Positions 29,104-39,825 of a DNA stretch of 64,000 bases are shown in pieces. Position 1 is the first letter of the stretch, and the number at the start of each line of letters is the position of its first letter. A program made the position numbers and the translations under genes. The notes under the pieces were generated by a model, which saw only the letters and a list, made by a program, of their open reading frames with translations, did no database searches and was not told where the DNA came from. The stretch covers positions 12,261-76,260 of the forward strand of contig DIGA01000117.1 of NCBI GenBank assembly GCA_002419365.1, written 5' to 3'. This stretch comes from Mageeibacillus sp. UBA5734 (GTDB lineage Bacteria; Bacillota; Clostridia; Saccharofermentanales; UBA5734).

Positions 29104-29651
29104 GCATGATCTCCTTGTGCTTCTTGGGGGGATGGTCCGCGGTTCAGGCCCAGTTTCTGCAAGACTGCCCGTTGCCGGCGCAGCATGGCCTTTTCCCGCT
29201 CCAACGTATCGTGGTCATAACCGAGCAGGTGGAGAAAACCATGGGCAGCCAGGAAGGCGATTTCACGCTCAAACCGGTGCCCCAGCTCCCGTGCCTGCTG
29301 TTCGGCTTTTTCCAGGCAAATCAGGATGTCACCGAGAAAGACAGTCGGCTGCCCCGAAGAATAGTCCAGGTCAGCTGCCTGCAATGGTACGGTCAACCTG
29401 CCGTCGATCAGGTCTTGCATGGGGAATGACAAGACATCTGTCACTTTGTCGATGCCACGGGTTGCTGCATTGATCCGTCGGATCTCCATCCGGCTGACAA
29501 AGGTGACTGTGAGGGCACAGGTGTATCCCTTGCGTGCCATTCGGCAGCAGAAGGATTCCCTGGTTTCAAGTTCGCCCAGGACTGCATCCGCCAGGTCCTT
29601 GGCTGGACCGGTTGCATATTTGCGTTGCTTATTGACGTATTGGATTTGCAT
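29100..29651 (-). CDS. ybeY: rRNA maturation endoribonuclease YbeY
   Basis: DKVTDVLSFP, LGDILIC and HGFLHLLGYDH motifs. Start at 29651 is inferred. Confidence 0.92.
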   Translation of the reverse strand: MQIQYVNKQRKYATGPAKDLADAVLGELETRESFCCRMARKGYTCALTVTFVSRMEIRRINAATRGIDKVTDVLSFPMQDLIDGRLTVPLQAADLDYSSGQPTVFLGDILICLEKAEQQARELGHRFEREIAFLAAHGFLHLLGYDHDTLEREKAMLRRQRAVLQKLGLNRGPSPQEAQGDHA

Positions 29652-31737
29652 CGGGGTATTTGACCCTTTCGTGGAAATGACCGGCATAGACTTGCAGGAA
29701 CGAAGCGATGATGGTTTCAATGTCTTTGAAAGACAGGCCGGAATGGACCAGCTGGTCCTGTTCATTCTTGATCTTGATGATCCGGCGGATCAGGCTCTCC
29801 GCTGCCTCGAGCTGATGCGTGCTGGTTGATTTCATGGCAGCCTCGACCGAGTCTGACAGCATGACGATGGCGGATTCCCGGCTGGACGGGACAGGACAAC
29901 GGTAGCGGAACACACTGGGATCTGGTTCCTGCATCTCATTTTCCTCGGCCAGCCGCTTGGCCTTCTGGTAGAAAAAGGCCTGCATGGTAGAACCGTGGTG
30001 CTCCTGGATAATATTGATCAGAGGCGATGGCAAGCGGTAGCGGCGGGCAACCCTCACCCCGGCATCTGGATGCGCCAGGATGATCCGGGCGCTTTCGGCT
30101 GGATCGAGACTGTCATGGGGATTTTCCCCAGACTGGTTTTCGGTGAACATCAGAGGCGCTTCCAGCTTGCCGATGTCATGGTAATACGCACCGACACGGG
30201 CCAGAAGCGGATTTGCCCCGACTGCCTCGGCAGCCGCGTCCGCCAGGTTGGCAACCATCATGCTGTGCTGGGACGTGCCTGGTGCTTCGATGAACAGCCG
30301 CCGCAGCAGCGGATTGCCTGGCTGGGACAGCTCGATCAGGCGCAATGGTGAAACGGAATTGAAGATCATTTCAAACAAGGGCATGATGCCGATCGCGGCA
30401 ATCACGGATATGGTCCCGCTGAGCGCGGTCACCGCGCAGTTGAGACTGATGGTCGGCCATTCCTCTTTGAGGAGGATGCCAAATGCCAGTGTTGTGATGA
30501 AATTCGTGCTGGCTGTGGCGATGATGATGTAGGCATAGTTGTCCCGGCGAGAAATACCCTTGGTGAACAAGGCTGCAACACTGCTGCCACTCAAGGCAAC
30601 TACGGCAAACAGCGGGTCGAATCCAGCCATGGGCAGGATGGCGATGGTCAGGATCAGTGCCATCAGGCTGGAGGTGCGGAAACCATAATAGGCCGCCAGG
30701 AGCACTGCCGTAAAATAGACCGGAGCCGCCAGGGGCTCGATCCTGGCTAATGCGGCAGAAGCAACCAGCGGAATCAGGATGGCAACAATCAGGGCAATCC
30801 GGTTATTGCGCAGGTGGATGGATTCGTTTTCATATTTTTTCAGATAAAACCAGGCGATGAAGGCCAGAGGCAGGAGCATCAGTAGAATGCCCAGCAAGTA
30901 GCGGAAATCAAAGCCTTCTTTCTCGATCAGGTCGAGCTCTTCCAGCAAGTCATAGGTTTCGCTGGTGATGACGTCGCCCTGGGAGATGATCCTCGCACCA
31001 CGGTTGATCAGGACAGGATTGTTCTGGACCTTGTCATAGGCTGCCTGGCGGGCATTTTCCGTGGCAATGGAATCATAGGCGATGTTGGGCACCAGGATCA
31101 GGCCCAGGACATTGCCAATCAAGGACACATCTTCGCGGTTGAAATTGGTCGTATCGCTGAGTGATTCCATCCGGTTGCTCAAGGCTGAATTCAACGAATA
31201 CGAATCGACCGGTTCACTCATGATCAGGGTGGCGATGGAACGGGCATGGCCGCGGACGCTTCTGAATCGTTCCGGATCCATTCGCAGGAACGCCTCGAGA
31301 TCTTCTGAAGAGACAACCAGATCCATTTCGCGGTCAAATTCCCGGACGAGTTCGGTCACCGTGTTACGGATGGTTGCATCGGATACGGCTGGCTGGTCTG
31401 GATCCGCATCACTGCCCGGTTCGGGAAAAATCTCCGTCCGCCGGGCTGCCAGCTGGTCGAAAAAAAGGTCGAAACGCCCCATGACCTCAGCCACAATCGC
31501 TTCGGACCGGACCACGACAATTTCCACATCTGCTGCAGCCTTGTTGGCTCGCTGGTCTGTGGCTGACTTGTCGCGGATGCTGCGAGATGCGGTGATGTCG
31601 TAAGGGCTGGTGTCACCAACCGTGAGAGGGTATTTCTCCGGAATCGATCCGTAATAGATCGCGGCCACTGCTATGATCAAAAGGACCGGCACCAGAAGAT
31701 ACGTCAGTAATGTCTGGATCTTCGCTGGAAGCTTCAT
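29629..31737 (-). CDS. pgpH: 7TM-HD (HDIG) phosphohydrolase, PgpH-like c-di-AMP phosphodiesterase
   Basis: Extracellular domain, about seven TM helices, APGTSQHS..VANL, YYHDIGK and DSVEAA; phoH-pgpH-ybeY synteny. Confidence 0.85.
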   Translation of the reverse strand: MKLPAKIQTLLTYLLVPVLLIIAVAAIYYGSIPEKYPLTVGDTSPYDITASRSIRDKSATDQRANKAAADVEIVVVRSEAIVAEVMGRFDLFFDQLAARRTEIFPEPGSDADPDQPAVSDATIRNTVTELVREFDREMDLVVSSEDLEAFLRMDPERFRSVRGHARSIATLIMSEPVDSYSLNSALSNRMESLSDTTNFNREDVSLIGNVLGLILVPNIAYDSIATENARQAAYDKVQNNPVLINRGARIISQGDVITSETYDLLEELDLIEKEGFDFRYLLGILLMLLPLAFIAWFYLKKYENESIHLRNNRIALIVAILIPLVASAALARIEPLAAPVYFTAVLLAAYYGFRTSSLMALILTIAILPMAGFDPLFAVVALSGSSVAALFTKGISRRDNYAYIIIATASTNFITTLAFGILLKEEWPTISLNCAVTALSGTISVIAAIGIMPLFEMIFNSVSPLRLIELSQPGNPLLRRLFIEAPGTSQHSMMVANLADAAAEAVGANPLLARVGAYYHDIGKLEAPLMFTENQSGENPHDSLDPAESARIILAHPDAGVRVARRYRLPSPLINIIQEHHGSTMQAFFYQKAKRLAEENEMQEPDPSVFRYRCPVPSSRESAIVMLSDSVEAAMKSTSTHQLEAAESLIRRIIKIKNEQDQLVHSGLSFKDIETIIASFLQVYAGHFHERVKYPDANPIRQ

Positions 31738-31740
31738 CTG

Positions 31741-32700
31741 TCAGCCTCCCTTGCTGTTTTCATGTTCATAAGCCTTGATGATCCTCTGGACCAGGGCGTT
31801 CCGGACCACGTCGCGCCGGGTCAGCTCGACAAAAGCAACGCCCTCGACTTCGGACAAGATCTTGCGGGCCTCTTTCAAACCAGATTTGCGGTCGCCTGGC
31901 AAATCGATCTGGGTGATATCCCCCGTTATGACAGCCCGGGAATTGAAACCCAGACGGGTGAGGAACATTTTCATCTGCTCAGGTGTGGTATTCTGGGCTT
32001 CGTCGAGAATGATGAAGGCTTCGTCCAGCGTGCGGCCACGCATATAGGCCAGGGGCGAAACTTCGATCAGGCCCTTTTCAAGATTTTTCAGGTATTGTTC
32101 GGGTCCCATGAGCTCATGCAAGGCATCATAGAGAGGACGCATATAGGGATCGACTTTGTTCTGCAAGTCGCCGGGCAGAAAGCCCAGTTTCTCCCCAGCC
32201 TCGACTGCAGGCCGGGTCAGGATGATCCGCGACACATCGTGGGAGCGGAAGGCATTGACGGCCATGGCGACAGCGAGGAATGTCTTGCCAGTTCCAGCTG
32301 GTCCGATGGCGAACGTCACTTCGTGGTCCCGGATGGCCTGGACATACTGGCGCTGGCCAAAGGTCTTGCTCTTGATCGGGCGCCCCTTGGCTGTGACGGC
32401 AATCGAATCCGGAGCATAGTGAGTGACTTGTTCCAGATTGCCATCCCGGGCGGTGTCCGTCAGGTAGGTTACCAGCTGGAGATTGACTGGATGGTTTTCC
32501 CGTGCCAGTTCGAGCAGCCGCTCAAGCACAGCCACGGCCTTCTCGAGATCCAGGCCATCTCCTGTGACCGCAAAGCCCCCGGAAACAAGTTCGATCCTGA
32601 CCCCCAGCATCTTTTCAATCACATTAAAATGGCTGTTGAAACTGCCCGCAACGGCTTGGGCGATTTCTGGCCGGTCCACCATCAACTGTTTTTCCATCAT
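31741..32700 (-). CDS. phoH: PhoH-family ATPase
   Basis: GPAGTGKTFLA, RPAVEAGEKLGFLPGD and DEAQN motifs. Confidence 0.95.
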   Translation of the reverse strand: MMEKQLMVDRPEIAQAVAGSFNSHFNVIEKMLGVRIELVSGGFAVTGDGLDLEKAVAVLERLLELARENHPVNLQLVTYLTDTARDGNLEQVTHYAPDSIAVTAKGRPIKSKTFGQRQYVQAIRDHEVTFAIGPAGTGKTFLAVAMAVNAFRSHDVSRIILTRPAVEAGEKLGFLPGDLQNKVDPYMRPLYDALHELMGPEQYLKNLEKGLIEVSPLAYMRGRTLDEAFIILDEAQNTTPEQMKMFLTRLGFNSRAVITGDITQIDLPGDRKSGLKEARKILSEVEGVAFVELTRRDVVRNALVQRIIKAYEHENSKGG

Positions 32701-32722
32701 CCGTTTGCCACACTCCGTTCCA

Positions 32723-33445
32723 TTACTGACCGGTTGTCTTTGGCATCAGCAAGTCAATTTTAAACGCCAGGCTGTCTTCACTCAATGCGGGAATAGACAA
32801 TTCCTTGACAGGCTGGAACACAATTTCGTACTGGTCATTGCGCAAGGTGGCATCAGACAAGACTGATTTTTTCAAGGTCTCGAGATACGACAAGATATAC
32901 GCCTCTTTGCTGGGATCTGTGATCGCACGGATGGAAAAGGTTCCCTGGCGGTTGTAACCATTGCCATTGATGATGATCGATGAAGCAGTCGCCCGGATTT
33001 CCGAGGTGGCCACCAGTCGTTCATCGTTGACAGATATGGCCTGGGCACCGAGCGCTCTCAGGTCATTGACAAAGGTCCTGATCACACTGTCGCGGATCAG
33101 GCTTTCCGGCGAACAACTGATATCGATCTGGATGCCATAGTTGTTGACTTCCCTGAGTCCGGCAAAAATTGCCAGGCGCTCTTTTTCCTTGATGATCGAC
33201 TCAATGCTGGCACTGCCCTGGGCATAGTCATTCTCCAGCTGGGATATGTATTGGTACAGCTCCGCATTGCGGGTGTTCAGCTCGGCATTCTTGTTAGCCG
33301 TGTCGATCAGCTTGTACTGCAACTCTTCCAGTTTGTCAGCGGTCACGGTGTTCTCGTTGACATTCTTCATCTGCAGGGCGATTAATATGCCGAGAACCAT
33401 GCAGATGATGGTCATGGCAGTATATTGGACCATCCTGGTTTTCAT
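32723..33445 (-). CDS. DUF881 family protein (YlxW/YlxX-like)
   Basis: N-terminal TM, coiled coil, VNDLRALGAQAISVNDERLVATSEIR. Confidence 0.85.
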   Translation of the reverse strand: MKTRMVQYTAMTIICMVLGILIALQMKNVNENTVTADKLEELQYKLIDTANKNAELNTRNAELYQYISQLENDYAQGSASIESIIKEKERLAIFAGLREVNNYGIQIDISCSPESLIRDSVIRTFVNDLRALGAQAISVNDERLVATSEIRATASSIIINGNGYNRQGTFSIRAITDPSKEAYILSYLETLKKSVLSDATLRNDQYEIVFQPVKELSIPALSEDSLAFKIDLLMPKTTGQ

Positions 33446-34224
33446 GCGGCCGGAACCTCCAGTTTGTCAATGTATTGGCTGAGATTATCCGCTCCGGCAT
33501 AAGCCGGGCAAGTCACTTGATCCGATGGTTCGATGCTGACGACAAGCCCGATTTCCGGCGTCTGGCGCAAGCTGAGCATCGGATCGATCTGGACACTCAT
33601 TGCCATGGACGCGGGATCATGGCCGACAGCCCGGATTACATAGGGTGGGGTCAGGCGCTGCATGTTGCACAGGATGGTCGGACCAATGCAGAAGATATAG
33701 GACGCGTTGGTGATCCTCTGGTCATTGACTGATAGAGCTGCCGCACCGGATGATTTGAGCAGTTCGAGCACATGGCGGACGTCACTGTCATGGACGATGG
33801 CATCCGCGGAATCACGGATCACATCATAGCCAGGCTTGTCATTCAAGGTCACGGTGACTCCTGGACCTGTCACATCGGTCAAACCAGCCAGAGCTTGCAT
33901 GCGCTTGAGTTCTTCCATCAGGCCTGGTTGACCTTCCTGGCTCAGAACGCGGGCAATAGTCTCTTCCTTGACCTCGAGCAGGCGGGCATTTTCTGCTTTC
34001 AGGCTGTCATACTGAGCGGTGGCGGCAGCGAGCTCTTCCTGGCGAGATTTGTACAGCGATGCCAGGTTGTTCTGTTCTCTGGTTTGGTTGACCAGGGTTA
34101 CGTGATTGGTCACGATGACGCCAAACAGGAACAGCAGGATAAACAGGAACAGGCTCTGGCGCTTCCGAGGTGTCTGCCAGAGGCCGAAGCCGAAGCCTGT
34201 GGAAAGTCCCTGCCTTACCTGCAT
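33442..34224 (-). CDS. DUF881 family protein (YlxW/YlxX-like)
   Basis: TM plus coiled coil, AGLTDVTGPGVTVTLND, IVHDSDV and GAAALSVNDQRI. Confidence 0.88.
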   Translation of the reverse strand: MQVRQGLSTGFGFGLWQTPRKRQSLFLFILLFLFGVIVTNHVTLVNQTREQNNLASLYKSRQEELAAATAQYDSLKAENARLLEVKEETIARVLSQEGQPGLMEELKRMQALAGLTDVTGPGVTVTLNDKPGYDVIRDSADAIVHDSDVRHVLELLKSSGAAALSVNDQRITNASYIFCIGPTILCNMQRLTPPYVIRAVGHDPASMAMSVQIDPMLSLRQTPEIGLVVSIEPSDQVTCPAYAGADNLSQYIDKLEVPAA

Positions 34225-35129
34225 TGACGGACTGCTTCCAGAAACGACTGGGGCAAGGGGCTCTCAACCACAAGAGTCTGGTGAGTCACTGGATGAACGA
34301 AGGTAAGTCGCGAGGCATGGAGGACTTGGCCGGACTGGCCGTAAGTCGGCCGGCCAGGGGCATAGACTGGATCTCCAATGATGGGATGGCCGATGTACTG
34401 GCAATGGACACGAATCTGGTGCGTGCGACCTGTCTCCAGCTCCACTTCCAGCCAGGTAGCCTTGTCCAGGCGTTCGATGACCTTGAAATGGGTGATGGCG
34501 GCCTTGCCATCCGGGACAATTGCCATCCGCTGGCGATTTTTCGGATCTCGACCGATCGGGGCCTTGATGGTTCCCTCGTCTGCCAAAACCGATCCATGGA
34601 CCAGAGCCTGGTATGTACGCCGGATCTCATGGCGCCGGATCCGTTCGGCCATGACCTGATGCACAGAATTATCCTTGACCACCAAAAGCAATCCAGAGGT
34701 ATCCTTGTCAATCCGGTGGACAATCCCGGGCCTGATCACGCCGTTGAGGTCGGACAGCTGGCCCTGGCAATAGCTGAGCAGAGCATTGACCAGGGTGCCA
34801 CCGGAGTGGCCGGGAGCGGGATGGACAACCATGCCCTGCGGCTTATCAATGACCAGGATAGAGTCATCCTCATACCGTACCACCAGAGGAATCTCCTCTG
34901 GCCGGACTGTAGAATCAACCGGGTCTGGCAACTCGACTACAATCACTTGGCCAGTCTTAGGTTTGAAAGATGGCTTGACCGTTTTGCCTTCAACGCGCAC
35001 ATGCCCCTGGTCTATCAGGTCTTTCAGGAAAGCACGCGAATACAGCGGGATTTTTCCAGCAAGCCAGGCATCCAGACGAACGGTTTCCTGCTCAGTCTGT
35101 TCATAGGTCCATTCAAGAAGTTCCATCAA
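34215..35129 (-). CDS. rluD: RluD-like pseudouridine synthase with S4 domain
   Basis: RLDAWL S4 domain, KPQGMVVHPAPG, GIVHRIDKDTSG and TGRTHQIRVH; lspA-rluD synteny. Confidence 0.92.
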   Translation of the reverse strand: MMELLEWTYEQTEQETVRLDAWLAGKIPLYSRAFLKDLIDQGHVRVEGKTVKPSFKPKTGQVIVVELPDPVDSTVRPEEIPLVVRYEDDSILVIDKPQGMVVHPAPGHSGGTLVNALLSYCQGQLSDLNGVIRPGIVHRIDKDTSGLLLVVKDNSVHQVMAERIRRHEIRRTYQALVHGSVLADEGTIKAPIGRDPKNRQRMAIVPDGKAAITHFKVIERLDKATWLEVELETGRTHQIRVHCQYIGHPIIGDPVYAPGRPTYGQSGQVLHASRLTFVHPVTHQTLVVESPLPQSFLEAVRQCR

Positions 35130-35140
35130 ATCGCCTCATT

Positions 35141-35629
35141 CTAAGACAAGTAGGTTTGCTTTCTGGTAAAAAGGCTGTCCTGATCCTTGTCAAAGAGGAC
35201 AAAAAGAGAAAGCAGGATCGTCCCGACGACCAGGCAGATGTCTGCCAGATTGAACGTCGGAAAAATATAGGAACCGAAATGGAAGTCCAGGTAATCCAGG
35301 ACACCACCATCGCGCACCCGGTCGATCATGTTGCCGATCGCCCCGGCCGCCATCAGGGACAGGACGGCCTGGTAGCGTTTCTTGCGAATGACAAGGGTCA
35401 GGACCACCAGGGCCAGGGATGCAATCACGGAAAGGATCGACAAGACGATGATCCCCCAGGATTGGTCCGCCAGAAAACTCCAGGCAGCTCCGGTGTTGCG
35501 GCGATTGACCAGATAGAAAAAGGAATCAATGACAACTTTGTACGTGTCGCCCGGCAAGAGGCGGATAACCAGACTCTTAATGAGCTGGTCAGCGACTGCC
35601 AGTGCTGCAATGATCAAGATCCAGACCAT
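35141..35629 (-). CDS. lspA: Lipoprotein signal peptidase II
   Basis: DQLIK, NTGAAWS, GAIGNMIDR, V.DY.DF and FNLAD motifs. Confidence 0.95.
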   Translation of the reverse strand: MVWILIIAALAVADQLIKSLVIRLLPGDTYKVVIDSFFYLVNRRNTGAAWSFLADQSWGIIVLSILSVIASLALVVLTLVIRKKRYQAVLSLMAAGAIGNMIDRVRDGGVLDYLDFHFGSYIFPTFNLADICLVVGTILLSLFVLFDKDQDSLFTRKQTYLS

Positions 35630-37296
35630 ATCCACAAATCCTCAATTCCAAGATAAGGTTGCGCAATCGTCGGCTGGCATTGGCCGATGACACGGTCCCC
35701 ATAAGCGATCGCGGCTTCACTTTGCAGGATGCCTCCGCTGGAAACCGAAAAGAGCTGTTCGATGAGCTTCTGGCGATACTGGCTGGACAGCTCTTCAACA
35801 TCTGCTTCATTCTGGGGCAAGCCTTGGCCCAGATACTTGAAAAACGGCCAGCCTGCTTCCAGTACGCTTTGCCTATCATCATAACGGTTTACGCCACCAT
35901 CCGGCAATCCCTCGGTATCTGGCTGTGGCGAGGGGTGATCGGAAGCAAAAAACCAGGAGGGCTCGGCAGACAGAGGGATCTCGCGCACCCGGAAGGCCAG
36001 GTCAAATGTCTGCAAAGACAATTCGGCCGCAAAATCAGCCTCTGGCAAGGCTACTATTTCGGAAGGTTGACCGGCTTGCTCGAACCAGGCTGCAGCTTGC
36101 CGTGCCAATTCCATCAGGATATCCTGATTGTCCGGAACCAGAATGCGCAGACGTTCGCTTTTCAAATTCAGAAGCGTTGCAGGATCAGGCAACGTTGCAA
36201 AGGTCGGCTGGGAAGCTTCGGGACTTGCCAGTCCGTTCTGGTCCAGAAGATCCGGCCACACTGGAGCAAGGTCGAGAGGCTGGCCGAAAAAACAGGCGTG
36301 GAAAGCCGGAACCGGAACATCGCTGGCTTGCCCTGGCAGGGCCAGGCCAGATCCTGACCAGCGTGCTGCCCGCAAGAAATACTTGTATCTGAGCTGGTCG
36401 ACCGGGTCAGAGATGGAATTGCCCAGCGTGAAATAAAAATAGGAACGGCTGGTGAAACGGTCCAGGCGCAGACTGCTGCGCATCTGGTACTGGAACAAAG
36501 CCTCAGTCGGCAGGAAAGCGAGATCCAGTTCATCGTCTTCCAGTCCGCGCATCGCTTGTATGGCCGATGGGTATGTCCTGATGAGTATCTTTTCCAGCCG
36601 CCCCTGTGACGCAGGAGCCGCTTCCAGTCGCCCCAGATAGAGACCTTCCTCTGCCAGACCTTGCATCTTAAAGGTTCTGGTACCCTGCCAGAGGCTACCA
36701 GTTGGCAGGGACACCTCGCTGGCTTTCAGCACCGGGAAGGTCAAGGCATACAGAAACGCCGGATCTGGCCGTGACAACTGAAGAACCATCGTTTGCGCAT
36801 CGATCAGCCGTCCACTGGAATAAGCCGACAATGCATCTGCATAAGGGGACAAAGAGCCCAGCTGCTGGATTTCGCCGAGGGTGGCCAGTACGTCACTGGC
36901 TGTGACCAGGCTTGAATCATGGAAATGGACATCTTGCCGCAAGGACAAAGTCAGCTGCAGGCGTTCTTCACTGTAAGCAAAAGCCTGGACCAGTTCCGGC
37001 TGCAATTGCCAGGTGGAATCCATCTGGAACAATTGACCAAAAACCAGCGAATAGGCAGCCTTGCCACTGGGGCTTGATGCCAGCAACGGGTTTTCCGGCA
37101 GCGAGTAGTCCCACCACAGGCGCAGGGTCCCGGATGGTCCTTTGTCCGTGGACACCAGCTCGGTAGACACTGGGACGGCAGGACCGGTCGTACCGGAGCT
37201 GACTTGGGCTGGCGCAATGCGGGTGCATCCTGTTGCCATGGGCAGACACAGAAGCAGCACCAGAAGGATGCGAATGGGAACGAGACGCTTGATCAT
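35614..37296 (-). CDS. Family-5 ABC-transporter substrate-binding lipoprotein (no permease or ATPase nearby)
   Basis: Lipobox ATGC; LVFGQLF, PELVQ, LRQDVHFHDSS.VTASDV and GTRTF motifs typical of OppA/DppA N-termini. Confidence 0.8.
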   Translation of the reverse strand: MIKRLVPIRILLVLLLCLPMATGCTRIAPAQVSSGTTGPAVPVSTELVSTDKGPSGTLRLWWDYSLPENPLLASSPSGKAAYSLVFGQLFQMDSTWQLQPELVQAFAYSEERLQLTLSLRQDVHFHDSSLVTASDVLATLGEIQQLGSLSPYADALSAYSSGRLIDAQTMVLQLSRPDPAFLYALTFPVLKASEVSLPTGSLWQGTRTFKMQGLAEEGLYLGRLEAAPASQGRLEKILIRTYPSAIQAMRGLEDDELDLAFLPTEALFQYQMRSSLRLDRFTSRSYFYFTLGNSISDPVDQLRYKYFLRAARWSGSGLALPGQASDVPVPAFHACFFGQPLDLAPVWPDLLDQNGLASPEASQPTFATLPDPATLLNLKSERLRILVPDNQDILMELARQAAAWFEQAGQPSEIVALPEADFAAELSLQTFDLAFRVREIPLSAEPSWFFASDHPSPQPDTEGLPDGGVNRYDDRQSVLEAGWPFFKYLGQGLPQNEADVEELSSQYRQKLIEQLFSVSSGGILQSEAAIAYGDRVIGQCQPTIAQPYLGIEDLWIWSGS

Positions 37297-38075
37297 TCCC
37301 GGATCAGGATCCGCTCGATGGCTTTGGCCCGGCCTGTAGCCGGATCGGCCGTGATCACAACAGCTGAAAACTGGCCTTTGCCACCGGCTGCTTCGTAGGG
37401 GGCAGGCAAATGGTCCACCAGGCGGCGCAGTGACGATGCCGGGTCCATACCAATGACGCCTTCGACCGGGCCAGTCATTCCGATGTCGGTTATATAGGCA
37501 GTCCCCCGGTCCAGGATGCGTTCGTCTGCGGTCTGGACATGGGTATGTGTACCCAAAACCGCCGTGACCCGTCCATTCAAATAATAGCCAAGTGCCATTT
37601 TCTCCGCCGTGGCTTCCGCATGGAAATCAACAACGGCCAATGGCACTTGAAGGTCCTGCCTGGTCTGCTGCAGCACCTGGTCCATGGTGGTAAAGGGGTC
37701 ATGAAGGGGTTCCATGAAAACGCGCCCGAGCAGATTGGCAACGAGTACCTTGCCGGCCGGATGGTTGACCACTTTGAATCCTCGGCCCGGCCAGCTGGCA
37801 GGACCATTGGCCGGGCGGATGACCTGAGGCAACGTGTCGATCCGTTCAACCAGTTCGCGCCTGAACCAAGTGTGGTTTCCCAGGGTGATCAGGTCCACGC
37901 CCATGGCTGTGATCTCCTGGGCCAGGCGAGGCGTCAGGCCCAGGCCGGCGGCAGCATTTTCGCCATTTGCCAGGCACAAGTCGATGCCATGGCGTTTTTT
38001 CAGTTCAGGAAGTTTTTCTTTCAGCATCCGCCGGCCCGTGGAACCGACCAGATCACCGATCATCATGATTTGCAA
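37293..38075 (-). CDS. ymdB: YmdB-family (TIGR00282) metallophosphoesterase
   Basis: GDLVG, NGENAAAG, TLGNH, RPAN, DFHAEATAEK, GTHTHVQTADE and TDIGMTGP motifs. Confidence 0.95.
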   Translation of the reverse strand: MQIMMIGDLVGSTGRRMLKEKLPELKKRHGIDLCLANGENAAAGLGLTPRLAQEITAMGVDLITLGNHTWFRRELVERIDTLPQVIRPANGPASWPGRGFKVVNHPAGKVLVANLLGRVFMEPLHDPFTTMDQVLQQTRQDLQVPLAVVDFHAEATAEKMALGYYLNGRVTAVLGTHTHVQTADERILDRGTAYITDIGMTGPVEGVIGMDPASSLRRLVDHLPAPYEAAGGKGQFSAVVITADPATGRAKAIERILIRE

Positions 38076-38180
38076 AACAACTGTCCTCCAGTCATCCGCT
38101 GATTATAATGCAAATCTGTCTAAAAATCGAGATTCGAGCACCCTGACGACTTGTTCCAAGGCATCTGTCTCAGGGACCAG

Positions 38181-38209
38181 AAATAAAAAAGCGTCCCTTG
38201 CGGAACGCT
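38181..38209 (-). terminator. Intrinsic terminator after rny
   Basis: Minus strand AGCGTTCCGCAAGGGACGCT-TTTTTATTT. Confidence 0.7.
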
Positions 38210-38250
38210 CTTCTATTTCTGGTTCGGTTGTTTTCAATTGTGATTCACTG

Positions 38251-39825
38251 TCATTTGGCGAATTCGGTGACTCGGGACTCACGGATGATGTGGACTTTGA
38301 TTTGTCCCGGATAATCCAGTTCTTCTTCGATCTTTTTGCAGATCTCCCTGGCTTTGAGGATCATCTCATCGTCCTTGACATTTTCCGGGCTGACCAGGAC
38401 ACGAACTTCGCGGCCTGCCTGGATGGCAAAAGACTTTTCGACTCCGGCAAAGGAGTTGGCAATCTCTTCCAGCTTCTGGATCCGCTTGACATAATTCTCG
38501 AGATTTTCACGTCGGGCACCCGGACGGGCGGCCGAGATGGCATCAGCTGCAGCAACCAGCACCGAGATCATCGAGTCAGGTTCTACCTCACCATGATGCG
38601 ACAGGATCGCATTGATGACTTCTGGCCCTTCTTTGTACTTGCGGGCTATTTCTGCCCCGAGCGTGATGTGTGAGCCTTCCATTTCGAAATCAGCCGCTTT
38701 GCCGATGTCATGGAGCAAACCGGCCCGCTTGGCCATCATGACATCCAGACCAAGCTCAGCTGCCATCATGCCCGCCATCCAGCAGACCTCGACGGCATGC
38801 TGGAGAACATTCTGGCCATAGCTGGTGCGATAGCGCAGACGGCCGAGCAATTTGATGATTTCCGGATGGATTCCGATCATGCCCGTTTCAAAGACAGCTC
38901 GTTCACCTTCTGCCTTGATGGTGGCATCCACTTCTTTACGGGCTTTGTCGACCATCTCTTCAATCCTGGCTGGATGAATACGGCCGTCGACGATCAGTTT
39001 TTCCAGAGCGATCCTGGCAATTTCGCGCCGGATCGGGTCGAAACTGGACAAAATGACAGCTTCCGGCGTGTCATCAATGATCAGGTCGACACCTGTCATG
39101 GTTTCGATGGCCCGGATATTACGGCCTTCACGACCAATGATGCGGCCTTTCATTTCGTCACTGGGCAGAGCAACAACAGAAACGGTTGACTCTGACACAT
39201 AATCAGCAGCATAGCGCTGGATTGACGTGACGATGATCTCCTTGGCCTTGCGGTCGGCTTCTTCCTTGGCGGCTTCTTCCATCTGCCTCAACATGACAGC
39301 CATGTCATGGCGGTAGGCATTACGGGCCTCATCAAGGACCAGATTGCGGGCATCATCAACCGACAAGCCAGAAATGCGTTCGAGTTCGATGATCTTCTGA
39401 CGCTCAATCTCGCGCGCTTTCTCTTCGAGGGCCAGGACATCACTGACACGGTTGTCGAGTGCTTCTTCCTTTTGCTCAAGCGTTTCAATTTTGCGGTCCA
39501 GTGCCTCTTCCTTCTGGTCAAGGCGGCTGCGCTCACGCTGGAGTTCGGCTTTCTTCTCCCGCACATCTTTTTCAAATTCGAGACGAGCTTTGTGGATTTC
39601 TTCCTTCGCTTGAAGGAGGAGCTCCCTTTTCCTGTTTTCACCGGCCTTCTGGGCTTCGCCGAGCAGTTTAGCGGCCTCGGTTTCTGCTTGTTCAGCAGCA
39701 GATTTCAAGGCAGTCGATTGCTTGGAAAATCCCAGGCGATAGTACGCTATTGTCACAACGGCAGCCAGAATGGCGCCGGTGAACAAGCCGATGACTAAAT
39801 TAATTAGCCAATTAATGGCAATCAC
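38251..39825 (-). CDS. rny: Ribonuclease Y
   Basis: N-terminal TM, coiled coil, KH ([12 protein letters not shown]) and HD (GLLHDIGK). Start codon uncertain (GTG 39825 or ATT 39816). Confidence 0.97.
   Translation of the reverse strand: MIAINWLINLVIGLFTGAILAAVVTIAYYRLGFSKQSTALKSAAEQAETEAAKLLGEAQKAGENRKRELLLQAKEEIHKARLEFEKDVREKKAELQRERSRLDQKEEALDRKIETLEQKEEALDNRVSDVLALEEKAREIERQKIIELERISGLSVDDARNLVLDEARNAYRHDMAVMLRQMEEAAKEEADRKAKEIIVTSIQRYAADYVSESTVSVVALPSDEMKGRIIGREGRNIRAIETMTGVDLIIDDTPEAVILSSFDPIRREIARIALEKLIVDGRIHPARIEEMVDKARKEVDATIKAEGERAVFETGMIGIHPEIIKLLGRLRYRTSYGQNVLQHAVEVCWMAGMMAAELGLDVMMAKRAGLLHDIGKAADFEMEGSHITLGAEIARKYKEGPEVINAILSHHGEVEPDSMISVLVAAADAISAARPGARRENLENYVKRIQKLEEIANSFAGVEKSFAIQAGREVRVLVSPENVKDDEMILKAREICKKIEEELDYPGQIKVHIIRESRVTEFAK

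Noticed and set aside
34170-35144. 324-aa plus-strand ORF
   Set aside because: Antisense shadow of rluD.
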